Assembly: GCA_963815255.1 (NCBI GenBank)
Contig: CAWFGH010000009.1
Location: forward strand, 63,467 to 127,466
From: an uncultured delta proteobacterium
GTDB taxonomy: Bacteria > Desulfobacterota > Binatia > Binatales > Binataceae
Reading direction: 5' to 3'
DNA: 64,000 nucleotides
Part shown: piece by piece, positions 49,907 through 59,364 of the stretch
How the letters are laid out: each line of letters starts with the position of its first letter
Position numbering within the stretch: the stretch's first letter is position 1
Made by a program: the position numbers and the translations under genes
The notes under the pieces: generated by a model
What the model saw: only the letters and a program-made list of their open reading frames with translations
Told to the model about the DNA's origin: nothing
Databases searched by the model: none

Positions 49907-51424
49907 ATGAGCAAGATTTGGACTATCGCGGAAACGCATCCGGTTCCCCCCTGCACGATCGTGATCTTTGGCGCCTCGGGCGATCTGGCGGCGCGCAAGC
50001 TCTTGCCCGCGCTCTACAACCTCGAGCATTGCGGCCAGCAAGCGACACCGCCCAAGAGCGCAATCCTGGGCTTCGCGCGCCGCGAGATGTCAGTCGAGGC
50101 ATTTCGCACCAAGGTGCGCGAGGCGGCCGAGCGCTACTCGCGGCTGAAGATCGATGAGGAATCCTGGCGCCGCTTCGCGCAGAACCTCGACTATCTCTCA
50201 GGGTTGGATCGCCCCGATGGCTTCGCGCGGCTCAAGAGCCGCCTGGAGGAAATCGAAAAGGCGCACGGCCTGCCGCCCAACCGCATCTACTACCTTTCCG
50301 TGCCGCCCGAGGCGATTATCGAGACGGTTGAGAAGCTCCACGCCGCTGGACTGATCGCGCCGCCCGATGCCCCGAATTTCACCCGTGTCGTAGTCGAGAA
50401 GCCGATCGGCCACGACCTGCACAGCGCGCTGCACATCATCAGCGAGATGAGCAAGTATTTCGACGAGAGCCAGATCTTCCGCATCGACCACTATCTCGGG
50501 AAGGAGACGGTGCAGAACCTGATGGTGCTGCGGTTTGCCAACAGCATCTTCGAGGACTTCTGGAACAACCGCCGCGTCGATCACGTGCAGATAACCGTCG
50601 CCGAGGAGGAAGGCGTGGGCACGCGCGCGATGTACTACGACGGCGCCGGCGCGCTGCGCGACATGGTGCAGAACCACATGCTGCAAGTGCTCTCGCTGAC
50701 CGGGATGGAGCCGCCGGTGTCGCTCGCCGCCGACGCGGTGCGCGACGCCAAGGTCAACGTGATCCGCTCGCTGCGGCCGATCGAGCCCGGCGACGTGCGC
50801 AAGCTCGTGGTGCGCGGCCAGTACACCGCGGGCGAGCTCGACGGCAAGCGCGTCCCCGGCTATCTTCAGGAGGAGGGCATCCGCGAGACCTCGCGCACCG
50901 AGACTTTCGTCGCGCTAAAGGCGATGGTCGACAACTGGCGATGGGCGGGCGTGCCGTTCTACCTGCGCACGGGCAAGCGTCTGCCGCGGCGCGCGAGCGC
51001 CATTTTCGTGCAGTTCAAGCGAGTCCCCGAGATTCTGTTCAACCGCCACGTCTCTTTGCCGCCCGACGTGCTTACGATCCGCATCCAGCCCGACGAGGGC
51101 TTCTCGCTCGAGGTGCTGGCGAAGCGGCCCGGCCTGGACCTTTCGATTCAACCGGTGCGGATGGATCTCCATTATGCGGCGGAGTTTGGTGGCGCCTCGC
51201 CCGACGCCTATGAGCGGCTGCTGCTCGACGTGATGGCGGGCGACCATACCCTGTTCCTCGACTCGAGTTTCGTCCAGCGCTCGTGGGAATTCGTGCAGGT
51301 GATTCTCGATCAGTGGCAGAGGAACTCAGGGATTCCGATGGAGCCCTACGCTGCTGGATCCTGGGGACCCAAAGCGGCCGAGGATCTGATTCGCGCCGAC
51401 GGCCGCGAGTGGTTTGAACCGTAG
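49907..51424 (+). CDS. zwf: Glucose-6-phosphate 1-dehydrogenase
   Basis: IFGASGDLAARKLLPALYNL NADP-binding N-terminus and the RIDHYLGKE active-site motif. Confidence 0.92.
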   Translation: MSKIWTIAETHPVPPCTIVIFGASGDLAARKLLPALYNLEHCGQQATPPKSAILGFARREMSVEAFRTKVREAAERYSRLKIDEESWRRFAQNLDYLSGLDRPDGFARLKSRLEEIEKAHGLPPNRIYYLSVPPEAIIETVEKLHAAGLIAPPDAPNFTRVVVEKPIGHDLHSALHIISEMSKYFDESQIFRIDHYLGKETVQNLMVLRFANSIFEDFWNNRRVDHVQITVAEEEGVGTRAMYYDGAGALRDMVQNHMLQVLSLTGMEPPVSLAADAVRDAKVNVIRSLRPIEPGDVRKLVVRGQYTAGELDGKRVPGYLQEEGIRETSRTETFVALKAMVDNWRWAGVPFYLRTGKRLPRRASAIFVQFKRVPEILFNRHVSLPPDVLTIRIQPDEGFSLEVLAKRPGLDLSIQPVRMDLHYAAEFGGASPDAYERLLLDVMAGDHTLFLDSSFVQRSWEFVQVILDQWQRNSGIPMEPYAAGSWGPKAAEDLIRADGREWFEP

Positions 51425-51660
51425 GCAACGAGACTATGATTGTGCAGGATTGTCGGTCGAGCTGATTCGCCGCAGTCCTCAAATTCTCTTTAGTTCCATG
51501 GAGTTAGCAGACGTACGAGATTGGCGTAGCCGGTTTTTGGATAGCACTGTGCTGAGCGCAGCGCGAGCTACAAGCGCTTATCCACAGACCGTCGACAGGG
51601 TTATCAACAGATAGAAACCGGCCTGTGGAGAGCGTCTAAAATGTGTGCCGAGCGCCCTTT

Positions 51661-51858
51661 CTAGGCGTGCCGATGCATCAGTGGGCACTGGCCGCCGTGG
51701 CTGCCGCCTTTACAACACGATTGCGATGGGCAGCACGCTTGCTTGCTCTGGCAGCAGGCCGGCGGATCGAGGTTGCGGCTGGCCAATACATAGCCGCCTG
51801 TGCCCAGAACGCCAATCAACATCATCGCGGCGAATGCCTTAAGCGATATCCGTTTCAT
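51661..51858 (-). CDS. Small secreted Cys-rich peptide (65-aa precursor: signal peptide plus CC-x5-CC-x4-CC, His-rich tail)
   Basis: Strong RBS (aagggagcgggcATG). The sequence is MKRISLKAFAAMMLIGVLGTGGYVLA | SRNLDPPACCQSKQACCPSQSCCKGGSHGGQCPLMHRHA. It sits in a ~600-bp lower-GC intergenic region. Confidence 0.4.
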   Translation of the reverse strand: MKRISLKAFAAMMLIGVLGTGGYVLASRNLDPPACCQSKQACCPSQSCCKGGSHGGQCPLMHRHA

Positions 51859-52116
51859 TGCCCGCTCCCTTCGAGATGCCCGAGTCTCGCTTTCGTGTTA
51901 GCGGCATTATAGGCATCGTGCGGCGCTTACGGCAAAGCCGCCGCCATCCGCGCAAATTCCGCTCGGGTGGCGCAAAAGGCAGAGGGTGCGCTAGCCTAGA
52001 TTGGAGAACGAATGAGTTGTGCGCGCACTGTGTTTGGATAGCGCGGTTTGTATAACGCGGCCGTTTTGCGAGCGGCGCGCTCCGATGCGCAGCGCGATTC
52101 AGCAAGGAGATTCACG

Positions 52117-53355
52117 ATGGCCAAATCAGAGAACGTTTATATCCTCGGTGGCGCGCAGAGCGACTTCGCCCGCAACTGGAACAAGGAGGGCAAGCATTTT
52201 TCCGCAGTGATGCGCGAGACGGTTAACGCCGGGATGCAACAAGCGCGAATCGAGCCGCGCGAAATCCAGACCGCGCACGTCGGCAACTTTGCCGCCGAAC
52301 TCTACGGCAAGCAGGGCCAGCTCAACGCCTTCTTTCTCGAGGTCGACCCGCATTTCTTCGGTATCCCGACTTCGCGTCATGAGGCCGCCTGCGCCTCTGG
52401 TTCGATCGCCATCCTCGCCGCCTCGGCCGATATCGAAGCCGGCCGTTACGACCTCGCCGCCGTGGTCGGCCTGGAGCAGATGAAGACCGTCGATTCCGCG
52501 ACCGGCGGCGATTTCCTCGGCACCGCGGGATGGTACGAGCGCGAGTGCAAGGGAGTTCCTTATCCCTTCCCGGCGCTGTTTGGGCGCCTGGGCGACGAAT
52601 ACGACAGGCGCTACGGGCTCAAGGACGAATATTTGGCTCGCATCTCGTCGATCAATTTCTCCAACGCCCGGCGCAACCCGCTCGCGCAGACGCGCGGCTG
52701 GCCGCAGGCCGAAAGCGACCCGCAGCAGGCGAAAAAGTTCGACCAGCCAATCGCGGGCCGCATCAAGGTGCGCGATTGCTCGCAGGTGACCGACGGCACG
52801 GCGGTGGTGTTCCTGGCCTCGGAGAAATTCGCCGCTGACTACGCGAAGCGGCGCAACCTGAAACTGGATGACCTTCCGCGCATCCTCGGCTGGGGCCATC
52901 ACACTGCGCCGATCGAATTCGACAAGAAGATTGCCGAAAGCCGCGAGGACACCTACGTGCTCCCGCATACGCGCGAGGCGATTCTCGACGCGTTTCGCCG
53001 TGCCGGCCTCTCAGGCGTCACGCAGGTTTCTGGCATCGAGACCCACGATTGCTTCACAACCTCCGAGTACATGGCGATCGACCACTTCGGCATCACCAAG
53101 CCGGGCGAGTCGTGGAAGGCGATTGAGGAAGGCGCGATCGAGATGGGCGGCAAGATACCGATGAATCCCAGCGGAGGGCTTATCGGCGTCGGACATCCCG
53201 TCGGCGGCACCGGCGTGCGCCAGATGCTCGATTGCTATCGCCAGGTGACCGGAACCGCGGGTGATTACCAGGTCGAGGGCGCCGAGCGCTTTGCGATGCT
53301 CAATATCGGCGGCAGCGGCACGACCAGTTGCGCTTTCGTAGTGGGCAAGCATTAG
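52117..53355 (+). CDS. Thiolase-family protein (SCP-x/lipid-transfer-type thiolase)
   Basis: aaggag RBS. N-terminal VYILGGAQSDFARN and active-site Cys region (SRHEAACASGS); C-terminal GGLIGVGHPVGGTGVR. Confidence 0.8.
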   Translation: MAKSENVYILGGAQSDFARNWNKEGKHFSAVMRETVNAGMQQARIEPREIQTAHVGNFAAELYGKQGQLNAFFLEVDPHFFGIPTSRHEAACASGSIAILAASADIEAGRYDLAAVVGLEQMKTVDSATGGDFLGTAGWYERECKGVPYPFPALFGRLGDEYDRRYGLKDEYLARISSINFSNARRNPLAQTRGWPQAESDPQQAKKFDQPIAGRIKVRDCSQVTDGTAVVFLASEKFAADYAKRRNLKLDDLPRILGWGHHTAPIEFDKKIAESREDTYVLPHTREAILDAFRRAGLSGVTQVSGIETHDCFTTSEYMAIDHFGITKPGESWKAIEEGAIEMGGKIPMNPSGGLIGVGHPVGGTGVRQMLDCYRQVTGTAGDYQVEGAERFAMLNIGGSGTTSCAFVVGKH

Positions 53356-53378
53356 GAGCGCGCGCACGGTGGATTGAA

Positions 53379-54992
53379 ATGGCGGATTCCTTGCCGAGCT
53401 TTTCGCTCATCGATCAGCATCGCCGGGCGCACTCATTTCCCGGCGAGCGGCCCGCGCTGCTGTGCTTCGTCAAGGAGGATTGCCCGACCTGCGACATGAC
53501 GATGCCGCTGATCGAAGCGGTGTCGCAGGCGTTGCGCGATGAAATCGATGTAGTCGTGATGGGCCAAGACGCGGCGGGCAACGCGCTCCTCATCGAGCGG
53601 CACAATCTTACCGCGCCGATGCTCGACGATTCGGATCTGAAAATCTCTTACGCCTACAACGTCGAGATCGTTCCGACGATCGTTCTCGCCGACGCCCGCG
53701 GCGCTGAGTTGCGCCGTTTCGAGGGCTTCGACAAGTCCGACTGGCAAAGCGTGCTTTCCCAGGCGGCGCATCTGGCTGGCGGACCTCAACCGCAAATCGA
53801 CCCGCACATCGATTGGACCGCTTACCCGAAATCGCGTCCCGGATGCGGCTCGAAGTCGGTCGAGCCGGGCGTGGCCGAGCGGCTCGCCGCCGAGGCGTCC
53901 GGCTCGCGCCTGCGCGCCCGTCAGATCGAGCTTGGCGCCGACGAGGACCCGTTCGAATTCATGTTCGAGCGCGGACTGACCGACGGTCTGCCGGTGGTTC
54001 CGCCTACGCCCGAGCGCGTGATGCGAATGCTCGCCGGAACGCGGCGCGATCCGCAGGAAGTGATAGCGAGCGTGCCGCCGAATCTCGCGCCGCTCACGAT
54101 CGAGAAGGTCGCCGCCAACGCCGTGATGGCGGGATGCAGGCCAGAGTACTTGCCGGTGGTGCTCGCGGTGCTCGAAGCGGTCTGTACGGACGAGTTCAAT
54201 ATCCACGGCGTGATGGCGACGACGGCTGGCGCGACGCCGACGATCGTGGTCAACGGTCCAATCCGTCATCGGCTCGCGATGAACATGAAAGTCGGCGCGC
54301 TGGGTTCCGGGAATCGCGCCAACGCGACTATCGGGCGCGCGGTCAAGCTCGCACTACGCAACGTCGGCGGTGCGCGGCCGGGCGAGATCGAACGCACCGC
54401 GCTCGGCGGCCCGGGCAAATACACCGCCTGCTATCCCGAATGGGAGGAGCGGAGCCCGTGGGAGCCTCTGCACGTCGAGCGCGGCTTTCGCCGCGAGGAC
54501 AGCGTGGTGACGGTCTTCGCCCTGGAACCGGGGCCGCGCCTGATCGTCGACCAGCTCTCGCGCACCGCTCATGCGCTAGCAGGCAGCCTCGGAATGGCGC
54601 TCGAGAGCTGCTGGCATCCCAAGCTGCACGGCTACGGCGAAGTCCTGCTCGTCATCTCGCCCGAGCATGCCGATACGATCAAGCGCGACGGCTGGAGCAA
54701 GGCGCAGGTGCGCAATCGAATCCAGGAGGCGAGCGCGCGGCCGATTCGCGAATTGTTGCCCGACGCCAACGCCGGCGAGGGAATGGCGCTTAAGCAGTTC
54801 GGCCTGGCCAACCCTTCCGCGGACCAGCTCGAGCAGCGCATCCCCAAGTTCCGCAAGCCCGAGAATATCAATATCATCGTGGCCGGCGGTGAGGCCGGCA
54901 AGTTTTCGAGCGCGTTTGGCGGATGGTTCAGCGGGCCGATGGGCTCGATAAGCGTGAGCCGTAAGATCGAGGAGGTGCCAAGATCCGAATGA
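53379..54992 (+). CDS. Hypothetical protein with N-terminal thioredoxin-fold CxxC (CPTC) domain and a large uncharacterised C-terminal domain
   Basis: LLCFVKEDCPTCDMTMPLIEAV...VEIVPTIVL matches a TlpA/thioredoxin-like fold. Its stop overlaps the downstream selenoprotein start (ATGA). Confidence 0.55.
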   Translation: MADSLPSFSLIDQHRRAHSFPGERPALLCFVKEDCPTCDMTMPLIEAVSQALRDEIDVVVMGQDAAGNALLIERHNLTAPMLDDSDLKISYAYNVEIVPTIVLADARGAELRRFEGFDKSDWQSVLSQAAHLAGGPQPQIDPHIDWTAYPKSRPGCGSKSVEPGVAERLAAEASGSRLRARQIELGADEDPFEFMFERGLTDGLPVVPPTPERVMRMLAGTRRDPQEVIASVPPNLAPLTIEKVAANAVMAGCRPEYLPVVLAVLEAVCTDEFNIHGVMATTAGATPTIVVNGPIRHRLAMNMKVGALGSGNRANATIGRAVKLALRNVGGARPGEIERTALGGPGKYTACYPEWEERSPWEPLHVERGFRREDSVVTVFALEPGPRLIVDQLSRTAHALAGSLGMALESCWHPKLHGYGEVLLVISPEHADTIKRDGWSKAQVRNRIQEASARPIRELLPDANAGEGMALKQFGLANPSADQLEQRIPKFRKPENINIIVAGGEAGKFSSAFGGWFSGPMGSISVSRKIEEVPRSE

Positions 54993-55516
54993 CCCAAGCG
55001 ACCAAAATTGTCGACCCGACCGACGAGCGCGTGCCGCTCAGCCGCACCCTCGCGTCGCGCCCGCAACATCTAAGCGGCGTGGTGGCGCTGCTCGACATCG
55101 TCAAGCCACGTGGCGACATCCTGCTCGACCGAATCGAGCAGCGGCTCGCTGAGCGCGTGCCCGGCCTTGCGCTCAAGCGGTACCGCAAACCAACGTTCGC
55201 CAAGCCGGCGCCTGATGACTTGCGGCGCAGGATCGCCGCGGAGAGCGACTTCGTTATCGAAGCGCTCGCCGATTGAGGGTCGTGTACAACGTGCAGTGTG
55301 CACGACTCAGTATGGTTTGAAGTGAACGGCAAGCCCTCGGTGGTGGTGGCGTCCTCGACGTTCGTCGATGCGGCTGAGGCGCAGGCGCGCGCGCTCGGAT
55401 TGCCCGACGTGCGCCGCATCTTCGTTCCGCATCCGATCCAGGACGCGACCGACGACGAGATGCGCGCGAAGGCCGATGCGATCGTCGAGCGTCTGATCGA
55501 GGCGCTGACCAGCTAG
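54989..55516 (+). CDS. UGSC-family selenoprotein candidate; the in-frame TGA at 55274-55276 is read as selenocysteine (motif D-U-G-S-C)
   Basis: Two same-frame ORFs (54989-55276 and 55298-55516) are separated only by the TGA. Read-through gives ...FVIEALAD-U-GSCTTCSVHDSVWFEVNGKP.... A hairpin follows 3 nt after the TGA. Confidence 0.55.
55279..55306 (+). promoter_or_regulatory. SECIS-like stem-loop immediately 3' of the in-frame UGA
   Basis: GUCGUGUAC AACGUGCAGU GUGCACGAC: a 9-bp stem (including one G-U pair) with a 10-nt apical loop. Confidence 0.45.
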
Positions 55517-55574
55517 CGCGCCAGAGACGGGCGGGTCGTGGCGCGGCGGTTGCGCGCCGAGGCTCGCGCATTTA

Positions 55575-56753
55575 GTGAACCCGACGATGGCGACGAGGAA
55601 GCCGCAGCTATTCGACACCGCCGATCCTGATTCGATGCTGCCGCCGGCGCTGGAGGCAGAGTGGTCGCGCGAGGGCGCGCCGCTCCCGCCCCTGCCGAAT
55701 CTGCGTCCGCTGCCTTCGCCGAAGCCACATCGCATCATCGTCAAGACGGTCAACTGGCTCGGCGACCTGGTGATGAGCGGGCCCGCGCTGCATGCGATCC
55801 ACGACACGTTCCCCGGCGCGCATCTGGCGGTGCTGGTGCGCCACGAGTTGGCAAGTTTTTTCGACGGCGCGATGTGGGTGAACGAGGTGATTCCCTACCG
55901 GCTGCGCGGCGGCCTTCTCGGCCTGCGCGACCAGCTTTCGATCGTCAAACGGATTCGCGCGGGCCACTTCGATCTCGCGGTGATTTTTCCCAACAGCTTC
56001 CAGTCGGCGATGTGGATGCTGCTGGCCGGGGTGCAGCGGCGCGCCGGTTACGACGCCGACCGCCGCGGTTTCATGCTGTCGCACAAGGCCGTGCCGCGCG
56101 CCGACGTCGAAAGCGCCCACCAGGTGTATCACTGGCTGACGATGGTTGCCGAAACGGTCGGCGCCAGGGGAGCCGCCGAGGCCTATCACCTCGACGTGAA
56201 CGTGCAGAGCCGCGACAAGATGCGCGCATGGCTCGTCAACCGCCGCGCGCGGCCCGAGCGGCCGTTGATCGCGCTCGCACCGGTCGCGGCTTACGGGCCG
56301 GCGAAGGAATGGCCGGTTGAGCGCTATGCGGCGCTCGCCGACCTCCTGGCCGAGCGCCACGGCGCGGAGTGCGTGCTGGTGGGCGGAATCGATGATCGTC
56401 CGCAGTGCGAGCAGATCGCCGCGCAATGCAAAAGCGGCGCGCTCATCGCGGCCGCCGAGACCACGGTGGGCGAACTGATCGCGCTGCTCTCGCTATGCCA
56501 CGGCTTTGCCGGCAACGACTCGGGCTGCATGCATCTGGCGGGCGCGCTTGGAGTGCCGACCGTGGCGGTCTTCGGCTCGACCAATCCGATGCGCACGGGC
56601 CCGCTGGGCCCGCATTCCACGGTCATCTACCGCGGCCTGGAATGCAGCCCTTGCCTGGCGCGGACCTGCCGCTTCGGACACTACAACTGCCTGCGCGATA
56701 TCGCGGCCGAAGAGGTCGCGGGCGCCCTGGAAGCGTACGGAATTTTCGCCTGA
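55575..56753 (+). CDS. waaF: ADP-heptose:LPS heptosyltransferase II (GT9)
   Basis: HRIIVKTVNWLGDLVMSGPALHAI, with the C-terminal GNDSGCMHLAGALGVPTVAVFGSTNP motif of GT9 heptosyltransferases. Confidence 0.75.
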   Translation: MNPTMATRKPQLFDTADPDSMLPPALEAEWSREGAPLPPLPNLRPLPSPKPHRIIVKTVNWLGDLVMSGPALHAIHDTFPGAHLAVLVRHELASFFDGAMWVNEVIPYRLRGGLLGLRDQLSIVKRIRAGHFDLAVIFPNSFQSAMWMLLAGVQRRAGYDADRRGFMLSHKAVPRADVESAHQVYHWLTMVAETVGARGAAEAYHLDVNVQSRDKMRAWLVNRRARPERPLIALAPVAAYGPAKEWPVERYAALADLLAERHGAECVLVGGIDDRPQCEQIAAQCKSGALIAAAETTVGELIALLSLCHGFAGNDSGCMHLAGALGVPTVAVFGSTNPMRTGPLGPHSTVIYRGLECSPCLARTCRFGHYNCLRDIAAEEVAGALEAYGIFA

Positions 56754-56872
56754 TTGCTTCATCCGCCTCTCAAAGCCGGCCGCTGGGGCGAAACGAGCGT
56801 TGCGGTGAAAAACCCGCTACGCTTCTTATCGCCCGCTCACGCATGGTCGGTACGGGCGGCGATGGAGCCGAT

Positions 56873-57901
56873 ATGAAACTCAATGAACTCGCATCCCGGC
56901 TGGGTTTGAAGCTGCACGGCAGCGGCGAGATCGAGATCGTCTCGCCGGCGCCGCTGGAAGCCGCCGCGCCAGGGACGATCATTTTCGTCGCCGCGCAAAA
57001 GTACGTCGAAGCGCTGCGCAACACCACCGCCGCCTGCGCTATCGTGCCCGCGGAGTTCGCCGGCGACGCGCCCTGCGCGGTGCTGATAAGCGACAATCCT
57101 TATTCCGATTTCGCGCGCGTGCTGGAGATTTTTTTTCCGCCATACCGGCCAGCGGCGGGAATCGATCCGACCGCGCGTATCGCGCCCGGCGCGAAGCTGG
57201 GCGAGGGCGCCTCGGTCGGCGCTTACTGCGTGATTGGCGCGGACGTGACGATCGGCCGCGGCGCGGTGCTCCATCCCCACGTCACGATCTATCCCGGCGT
57301 GCGCGCGGGCGAAGGCCTGGTCTGTCATAGCGGCGTCTCGATTCGTGAGAACGTGACGATCGGCGACCGCGTGACGATTCTCAACGGCGCGGTGATCGGC
57401 GCCGAGGGCTTCGGCTTCGTCGAGCATGCGGGCACGCTGGTCAGGATTCCGCAGGTCGGCTCGGTCGCGATCGAAGACGAAGTGGAAATCGGCGCGATGG
57501 CCACGATCGACCGCGCCACGATGGGCGCGACGGTGATCCGGCGCGGCGCCAAGCTCGATAACCACGTGCACATTGGCCACAACTGCGAGGTCGGCGAATA
57601 CTCGCGCTTCTCGGCGCAGGTCGGCCTCTCGGGCTCGGTCAAGGTGGGACGCTGGTGTCAGTTCGGAGGACAGGTGGGAGTGGCCGATCATGCGCAAATC
57701 GGCGACCGCGTGCGCGTCGTCGCGCAGTCGGGAATCCCGCACGATCTTGCCGACGATGCGACGGTTGGCGGTACGCCGGCGGTCGACGTGCGTATCTGGC
57801 GGCGGATGGCTGCGATCGTGCCGCGGCTGCCGGCGGCGATGCGCCGCCTGCGCGCGATCGAGGAGCATTTGGGACTGCGCGCCGCGGGAGAGCGGCGATG
57901 A
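56873..57901 (+). CDS. lpxD: UDP-3-O-(3-hydroxyacyl)glucosamine N-acyltransferase
   Basis: MKLNELASRLG N-terminus and left-handed beta-helix hexapeptide repeats. The gene is conserved in LPS biosynthesis. Confidence 0.85.
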   Translation: MKLNELASRLGLKLHGSGEIEIVSPAPLEAAAPGTIIFVAAQKYVEALRNTTAACAIVPAEFAGDAPCAVLISDNPYSDFARVLEIFFPPYRPAAGIDPTARIAPGAKLGEGASVGAYCVIGADVTIGRGAVLHPHVTIYPGVRAGEGLVCHSGVSIRENVTIGDRVTILNGAVIGAEGFGFVEHAGTLVRIPQVGSVAIEDEVEIGAMATIDRATMGATVIRRGAKLDNHVHIGHNCEVGEYSRFSAQVGLSGSVKVGRWCQFGGQVGVADHAQIGDRVRVVAQSGIPHDLADDATVGGTPAVDVRIWRRMAAIVPRLPAAMRRLRAIEEHLGLRAAGERR

Positions 57902-57979
57902 TCGGTGAACAGAAGCGGATTCGAGACTAATAGTTGCGCCGGGCGAAAACGCGTTGCTCGGCGAAGAGGGGGAGACACG

Positions 57980-58306
57980 ATGAAACAGCGGAACTGCAAG
58001 CGCAATGACGGCAAGAGTGGCAAGAACAATTGCAAGAACAATTGGATGTCGGTAGCGATCGCGGGAGCCGCGATGCTGGCGGCGACGGTGTGCGGCGGCT
58101 GTCTGTACACAATAGTTCCAGCGATGGCTGGCCCGAGCACCACCTATCCGCAGGCCGCCAATAGCCAGCCGGCGGCTCAGCCGTCGCCGGCGTCGCAGTC
58201 ATCGCAATCATCAAACGACCAGACCAATCAGAGCAATCAGAACAAGCAGCAAACCGGCATGCCGCCCAACGGCGCCCAGCCCCAGGGCCAGGGCGGAACT
58301 CTATAG
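57980..58306 (+). CDS. Small putative lipoprotein with a Q/N/S-rich tail (paralogue A)
   Basis: RBS gggggagacacgATG. Signal peptide ...AAMLAATVCGGCLYTIVPAMAG; low-complexity C-terminus. Confidence 0.4.
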   Translation: MKQRNCKRNDGKSGKNNCKNNWMSVAIAGAAMLAATVCGGCLYTIVPAMAGPSTTYPQAANSQPAAQPSPASQSSQSSNDQTNQSNQNKQQTGMPPNGAQPQGQGGTL

Positions 58307-58347
58307 CGGATGCGGCCGCCGACACGGCGGAGCGGAGTGGGGATGGT

Positions 58348-58572
58348 GTGCGGATGAAGCGTAGAGATCGCTCGAGCGGAGATCATTCGAGACTGACCGT
58401 AGTGGTGGCGGCCCTGGCGCTGTTCGCGATAAGCGCGGGATGCAGCGGCTGTCTATGGCTTGCGATCCCGAGCCTCGCCTACGAGGGCTACAAGTACAAG
58501 TCAGGCGGCCAGAACGGCAACGCGAAGCCGCATCAAAGCTCGCAGCCGACGGCCAACGACGACGTCGAATAG
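58348..58572 (+). CDS. Small putative lipoprotein (paralogue B) sharing the C[GS]GCL[YW]..IP motif
   Basis: Signal peptide ALALFAISAGCSGCLWLAIPSLAYEG with lipobox-like SAGC. Confidence 0.4.
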   Translation: MRMKRRDRSSGDHSRLTVVVAALALFAISAGCSGCLWLAIPSLAYEGYKYKSGGQNGNAKPHQSSQPTANDDVE

Positions 58573-58584
58573 GGACGCGCGGCG

Positions 58585-59172
58585 TCAGTTGCAGGCGCAG
58601 ACGTTGCACTGGGTTTGCCCGGTGAGCGACGGCGAGTTTAACAGCGCTGCGGCCGGTGACCTGGACGCTCCAATGCCGGGCGGCAGCCCCGTACTCGAAG
58701 ATGTGCCCGACGTTGTGCTGGACGATCCGGTAGGGCCGGAATTGGCGTTCTGAAGCCCGGGAGATTGTCCGGGCGGGATGAACGGTGACTGCGGCGCGCT
58801 TGTTATGTAGCTGAAACAGGCGCCGGAAGCGGCCGAGCGTGCCGCGCTATAACTGGACGCGGTCACCGTGCCCGACCATTGCGTGCCCGAAGTGGTGGTG
58901 AAGCAACTGCAGTTGAAGAGCCGCGGGCCCGGAGTCGGTAGTGCGGTTGGAATCGGTGCGGGGGTGAGCAACGGCGTCGCGACGACGCCGGGTACGCTGG
59001 TCAGTTGCGATGGCGCGCCGGGCAAGATCGGTACCGAAGGCTGTGTCAGCGGCGGCGGGGCGGGCGGTGGCACGGGCACCTGCGCGCGGGCCATGCTGGC
59101 GATCGCGGCGAGCCCGAGCATCATCGCGATCGCGAAGCGCGCGCCTCGTATCGGTGTCGACAAAATTCTCAT
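58585..59172 (-). CDS. Secreted Pro-rich hypothetical protein with a C-terminal Cys cluster (..CNVCACN)
   Basis: Signal peptide MRILSTPIRGARFAIAMMLGLAAIASMARAQ, then a PPPAPPP-rich region. Confidence 0.4.
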   Translation of the reverse strand: MRILSTPIRGARFAIAMMLGLAAIASMARAQVPVPPPAPPPLTQPSVPILPGAPSQLTSVPGVVATPLLTPAPIPTALPTPGPRLFNCSCFTTTSGTQWSGTVTASSYSAARSAASGACFSYITSAPQSPFIPPGQSPGLQNANSGPTGSSSTTSGTSSSTGLPPGIGASRSPAAALLNSPSLTGQTQCNVCACN

Positions 59173-59364
59173 CGCGAAAACATTCTCATCCGATGAGCCG
59201 CTATGATCCGGAAGCCGGACGTGCGTTGCAAGCGCGGCGCGTTTGGGCAAAAGTGCCCTGTACGTTTCTTCGCTCGATGCACCTGATTTACGAAACGCAC
59301 CAACCCGCGGTTTCGTCTTTGTGTGAAGTCTTTCAGGCTTAGTCTAAGGAGGTCCCGGACCCAA

